A DNA stretch of 64,000 nucleotides from Corallochytrium limacisporum Hawaii (lineage: Eukaryota > Protista > Pluriformea), in assembly GCA_002811645.1 (NCBI GenBank), contig PDIP01000017.1, forward strand, positions 186,001 to 250,000, written 5' to 3'. This document shows, piece after piece, positions 61,181 to 64,000 of this stretch (position 1 is its first letter; each line of letters opens with the position of its first letter). A model generated the notes under the pieces. That model did not search any database. It was given only the letters and a program-made list of their open reading frames with translations, and was not told the origin of the DNA. The position numbers and the translations under genes are program-made.

Positions 61181-64000
61181 ATGAAAGCTCTTCTATGTGG
61201 CACTGCCGCATTGGCATTGGTATCTGTTGCCAGAGGGCATGTGGGTCATCATGCACCAGAAAATCAAAACCATCTTGTGCATGAAAACGAACACGTGTGC
61301 ACAGGTGCAGTTGACGGTGGACTGGATCCGAACTTTCTCCGTGCACCGCAGGCGTACAACTCCCACATTCAGCGCCGCGATGGGGTCTTTGGAGGGGCAT
61401 ACACAAACCTGCGAATCACTCCAGTCTACGCCGACATTAGTGGTCTGAGTGCTGCTGAACAGGATGTCCTGACTAACCAGGTAATGCCAGGTGCAATCAC
61501 ATACCTCGAAAATGCCATGGGTGTCATTCCTGTGAACGGAAACCTTGGTCTCCCTTCCGACAGCCGCTGCCAAGGGTACTACACAAGCGGCACATACGCT
61601 GGCAAGTGTGCATCCGCCAGCAACAGTGACGTCATGTGCCGAGATGTGGCTATCGATGAGAGCATGCTGGCCCCTCTAGAGGTGTGCAGCGTTGCCGATG
61701 GTTGCTCAATGCAAGGAGGTGGCGAGGGTGTTGCAGACACTGACTTCGTCGTCTTTGTCACATCCGTGTCGGAGCCTGGCTCGACCTGTGACCCAAACTC
61801 GTCAACTTTGGCTTACGCGCTTAGCTGTGGCCTGGATCAAAATGATCGTCCCGTGGCTGGCTATATTCGATTTTGTCCAAGCAAATTCAGTGCCAATGAC
61901 TCTGCCATCAATCAACAGATTGGTACTGCTGTCCACGAGCTGTTGCACGCACTCGTATTCAGTCCCAACCTCTACGCGTTCTTCCGGGACGACAACGGCA
62001 ATCCCCGCACGGCCCGTGATGCACTGGGATACCCTCCGTATAATGCTACCGGTTGGATTGCTGATGAGAACACCATTAAGGCGTTCGAAGAGCGTGGACA
62101 TACCGTAACTAAGATTGTGACCCCCCGTGTGGTGGAGGCTGTGAAGCGCCACTTTGACTGTCCAACTTTGAATGGAGCGGAGCTCGAGGACGGTGGTAGT
62201 GGAGGTAGCGCTGGTGCCCACTGGGAAAAACGTCAATTCTACGAGGACGTCATGATTGCTGTTTCGACTCCGAACTATTACCTCTCTATCATGGATTTGG
62301 CACTCATGGAGGACTCTGGCTGGTACAAGGCGAACTGGTCTGTCCAAGAAACCTTACCGTGGGGTTTCCACGAGGGGTGTAGCTTTGCGACTGATGAATG
62401 TATCTCTGACACTGGTGAGGCACTTGATGATGCCCATTTCTGCACCACGACCACTGATGGGTGCAGTGCAGATTACACAGCCAAGGCCCGCTGCAATGTT
62501 GTTAACTACGGTAGCGATCTACCTGGACAGTTCCAGTGGTTCGAAGAGAGCACACAGGGTGGCCTGAACCAATTCTTTGATTACTGCCCGTACTACTGGG
62601 CATTTTCAAATGGTGACTGCCGCAACCCATCGAATGAGGGAGCCAACGCTGCACTCTATGGCGAGACCTATGGCAGTAATTCAATTTGTCTCACTGGAAC
62701 CCTTCTGGATGATAGCTATGTTCCTGTGGACACCGCCAGTGGTCTGTGTATGGAGCATCGCTGTCTGTGGGTCGACTACAGTGTTCAGTTGGAAATTCGC
62801 CCAGTTGGGGGTGTGTGGAAAGAGTGTACCCCTGGTGGAAGCGTTAGTTTCCCTGGGTACACCGGATCCATCGATTGTCCTCCCGCAAATGAAGTGTGCC
62901 AGCTATGGAAAAATGATATTTGGAACCATCAGAACCTGCCAGCGGGTGTTGTCGCCGTGGAAGAAAATGTCAATGAACCTGCTGCCGACTGGACACCTAA
63001 TGGGTTGGTGACGGAAACTACATCTTCTACCACCCCTGTTGAGGAGAGCACTACTACATCAGAGACCAGCTCGGCAACCACAGATCCGACTACCACCACC
63101 ACTACGGATCCGACCACTACCACCACTACGGATCCGACCACTACCACCACTACGGATCCGACCACTACCACCACCACTACGGATCCGACTAGCACTAGCA
63201 CTACGGATCCGACTACCACCACTACTACGGATCCAACTACCACCACCACTACGGATCCGACTACCACGTCGACGACGACGGAGGATCCAACCACTACCAC
63301 ACCCTCCTCTACCACTGAGGACCCGACATCTACAAGTACCACGTCCACCACAACAGAGGATCCGACCACGACCAGTGAACCGACGACTATTACCAGTACC
63401 TCTGAGACCACAGTCACCACAACAGTCACCGAAGACCCAACCACAGCAACGACAACAATTTCCACGACGATCACCGAAGATCCGACGACGACAACAACTA
63501 CAGTTTCAACGACTGTACCCACGACAGTCTCCACCACCACCACCTCCACCACGGTCGTCACGGAGACTGTGACGGAGCCCTTCACAGATTCTGAGACTTC
63601 ACCAACACCGCTTGAGACTCCCCCTGAGACCACTGCCACAGAGACCACTGTAACACCGGAGATTGACTTTGACGTCAATGACAAGATCGACCCTGATGAA
63701 TTTGGATATGCTGCTCCCCTTCGTGAAGAGGATGATGAGATGGTCGCCCTCTACATTACTGGCATCAATCGTACTGCGTTTATTGCGGACGAGACCGTGT
63801 ACCGTTTCCGATTGGCAGATGCCATTAGTGCTGGTACTGGTACTGCTTTTGACGGCAATGATGTAAAGATTCGCCAGGTGAATCAGCAGCTTATTGGGAT
63901 TCAGGTCAGCATCACCGTCCGTGACCCTCAGGGCAATGTCCAATCTGCAAGTCTTCTGGTCCGTGTCCTTCTTTCCGTCCTTAATCTGCTAAACGATGCA
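61181..64000 (+). CDS. Leishmanolysin/GP63-like M8 metallopeptidase with signal peptide and Thr-rich mucin stalk; 3'-partial
   Basis: Open frame from ATG 61181 (MKALLCGTAALALVSVARG) to the window end, missed by the ORF track because it has no stop. It contains DRPVAGYIRFCP, zinc motif HELLHAL (His at 61934), GAELEDGGSGGSAGAHWEKR, LALMEDSGWY and DYCP. Confidence 0.93.
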   Translation, partial: MKALLCGTAALALVSVARGHVGHHAPENQNHLVHENEHVCTGAVDGGLDPNFLRAPQAYNSHIQRRDGVFGGAYTNLRITPVYADISGLSAAEQDVLTNQVMPGAITYLENAMGVIPVNGNLGLPSDSRCQGYYTSGTYAGKCASASNSDVMCRDVAIDESMLAPLEVCSVADGCSMQGGGEGVADTDFVVFVTSVSEPGSTCDPNSSTLAYALSCGLDQNDRPVAGYIRFCPSKFSANDSAINQQIGTAVHELLHALVFSPNLYAFFRDDNGNPRTARDALGYPPYNATGWIADENTIKAFEERGHTVTKIVTPRVVEAVKRHFDCPTLNGAELEDGGSGGSAGAHWEKRQFYEDVMIAVSTPNYYLSIMDLALMEDSGWYKANWSVQETLPWGFHEGCSFATDECISDTGEALDDAHFCTTTTDGCSADYTAKARCNVVNYGSDLPGQFQWFEESTQGGLNQFFDYCPYYWAFSNGDCRNPSNEGANAALYGETYGSNSICLTGTLLDDSYVPVDTASGLCMEHRCLWVDYSVQLEIRPVGGVWKECTPGGSVSFPGYTGSIDCPPANEVCQLWKNDIWNHQNLPAGVVAVEENVNEPAADWTPNGLVTETTSSTTPVEESTTTSETSSATTDPTTTTTTDPTTTTTTDPTTTTTTDPTTTTTTTDPTSTSTTDPTTTTTTDPTTTTTTDPTTTSTTTEDPTTTTPSSTTEDPTSTSTTSTTTEDPTTTSEPTTITSTSETTVTTTVTEDPTTATTTISTTITEDPTTTTTTVSTTVPTTVSTTTTSTTVVTETVTEPFTDSETSPTPLETPPETTATETTVTPEIDFDVNDKIDPDEFGYAAPLREEDDEMVALYITGINRTAFIADETVYRFRLADAISAGTGTAFDGNDVKIRQVNQQLIGIQVSITVRDPQGNVQSASLLVRVLLSVLNLLNDA
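63079..63560 (+). repeat. Coding tandem repeat (TDPTTTTT)n / Thr-rich mucin-like stalk
   Basis: Repeated ~24-27 nt units of acggatccgac(c/t)ac(t/c)accaccact, degenerating to TEDPTT variants. Confidence 0.95.

Noticed and set aside
1193-63560. Tandem repeats as CRISPR arrays or mobile-element termini
   Set aside because: Apart from one (TG)n microsatellite they are in-frame coding repeats without unique spacers; no cas, transposase or RT motifs were seen, and the DNA is eukaryotic.
62929-63684. 251-aa Val-rich minus-strand ORF and the Pro/Arg-rich 63039-63572 ORF
   Set aside because: Shadow frames of the Thr-rich repeat of the leishmanolysin gene.
1-64000. Genome-wide TGA reassignment
   Set aside because: ABHD18, Hippo, CCDC112, NOT1, IFT122, the carboxylase and the CaMK itself end at TGA at plausible C-termini, and Trp is encoded by TGG.

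Overview
Gene-dense, intron-poor eukaryotic nuclear DNA with about 22 protein-coding genes and two assembly gaps; no rRNA, tRNA, CRISPR array or intact mobile element was seen. The gene mix points to a unicellular holozoan: Hippo/MST kinase with SARAH domain, SH2 plus tyrosine-repeat protein, four-domain Nav-type channel, E2F7/8, IFT122 and a fungal/E. coli-type ADE4. The near absence of introns fits Corallochytrium limacisporum, but that is inference. Genes in order: ABHD18 (5'-partial), Hippo/MST1/2, RAB5IF/OPTI (spliced), GET4, ZNF598/Hel2, RPL37A, CCDC112, Myb-like protein resembling the p2 subunit of the MTA1c/AMT1 6mA DNA methyltransferase, RPB8, IPUT1-like GT8 lacking its DxD motif, E2F7/8, Nav-type channel (DEEA filter), CaMKI-like kinase with one in-frame TGA, ADE4/purF, NOT1, MRT4 (spliced), Asterix/WDR83OS (spliced), IFT122, a pseudo-myosin/YGN-repeat/SH2 protein, a single-chain BC-BCCP-CT carboxylase, mitochondrial uL14, and a leishmanolysin with a mucin stalk (3'-partial, absent from the ORF track). 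The best novelty candidate is the protein at 50332-53772: an apparently catalytically dead myosin motor fold fused to six Y-G-N motifs, an SH2 domain and a coiled coil. Other notable items are an expanded array of 15 Thr-Met docking motifs in Hippo, yeast-like GTAAGT/ACTAAC introns including a probable 3'-UTR intron, and recurring C-run-then-G-run elements in intergenic DNA. All family assignments come from motifs recognised by eye; no database search was run.
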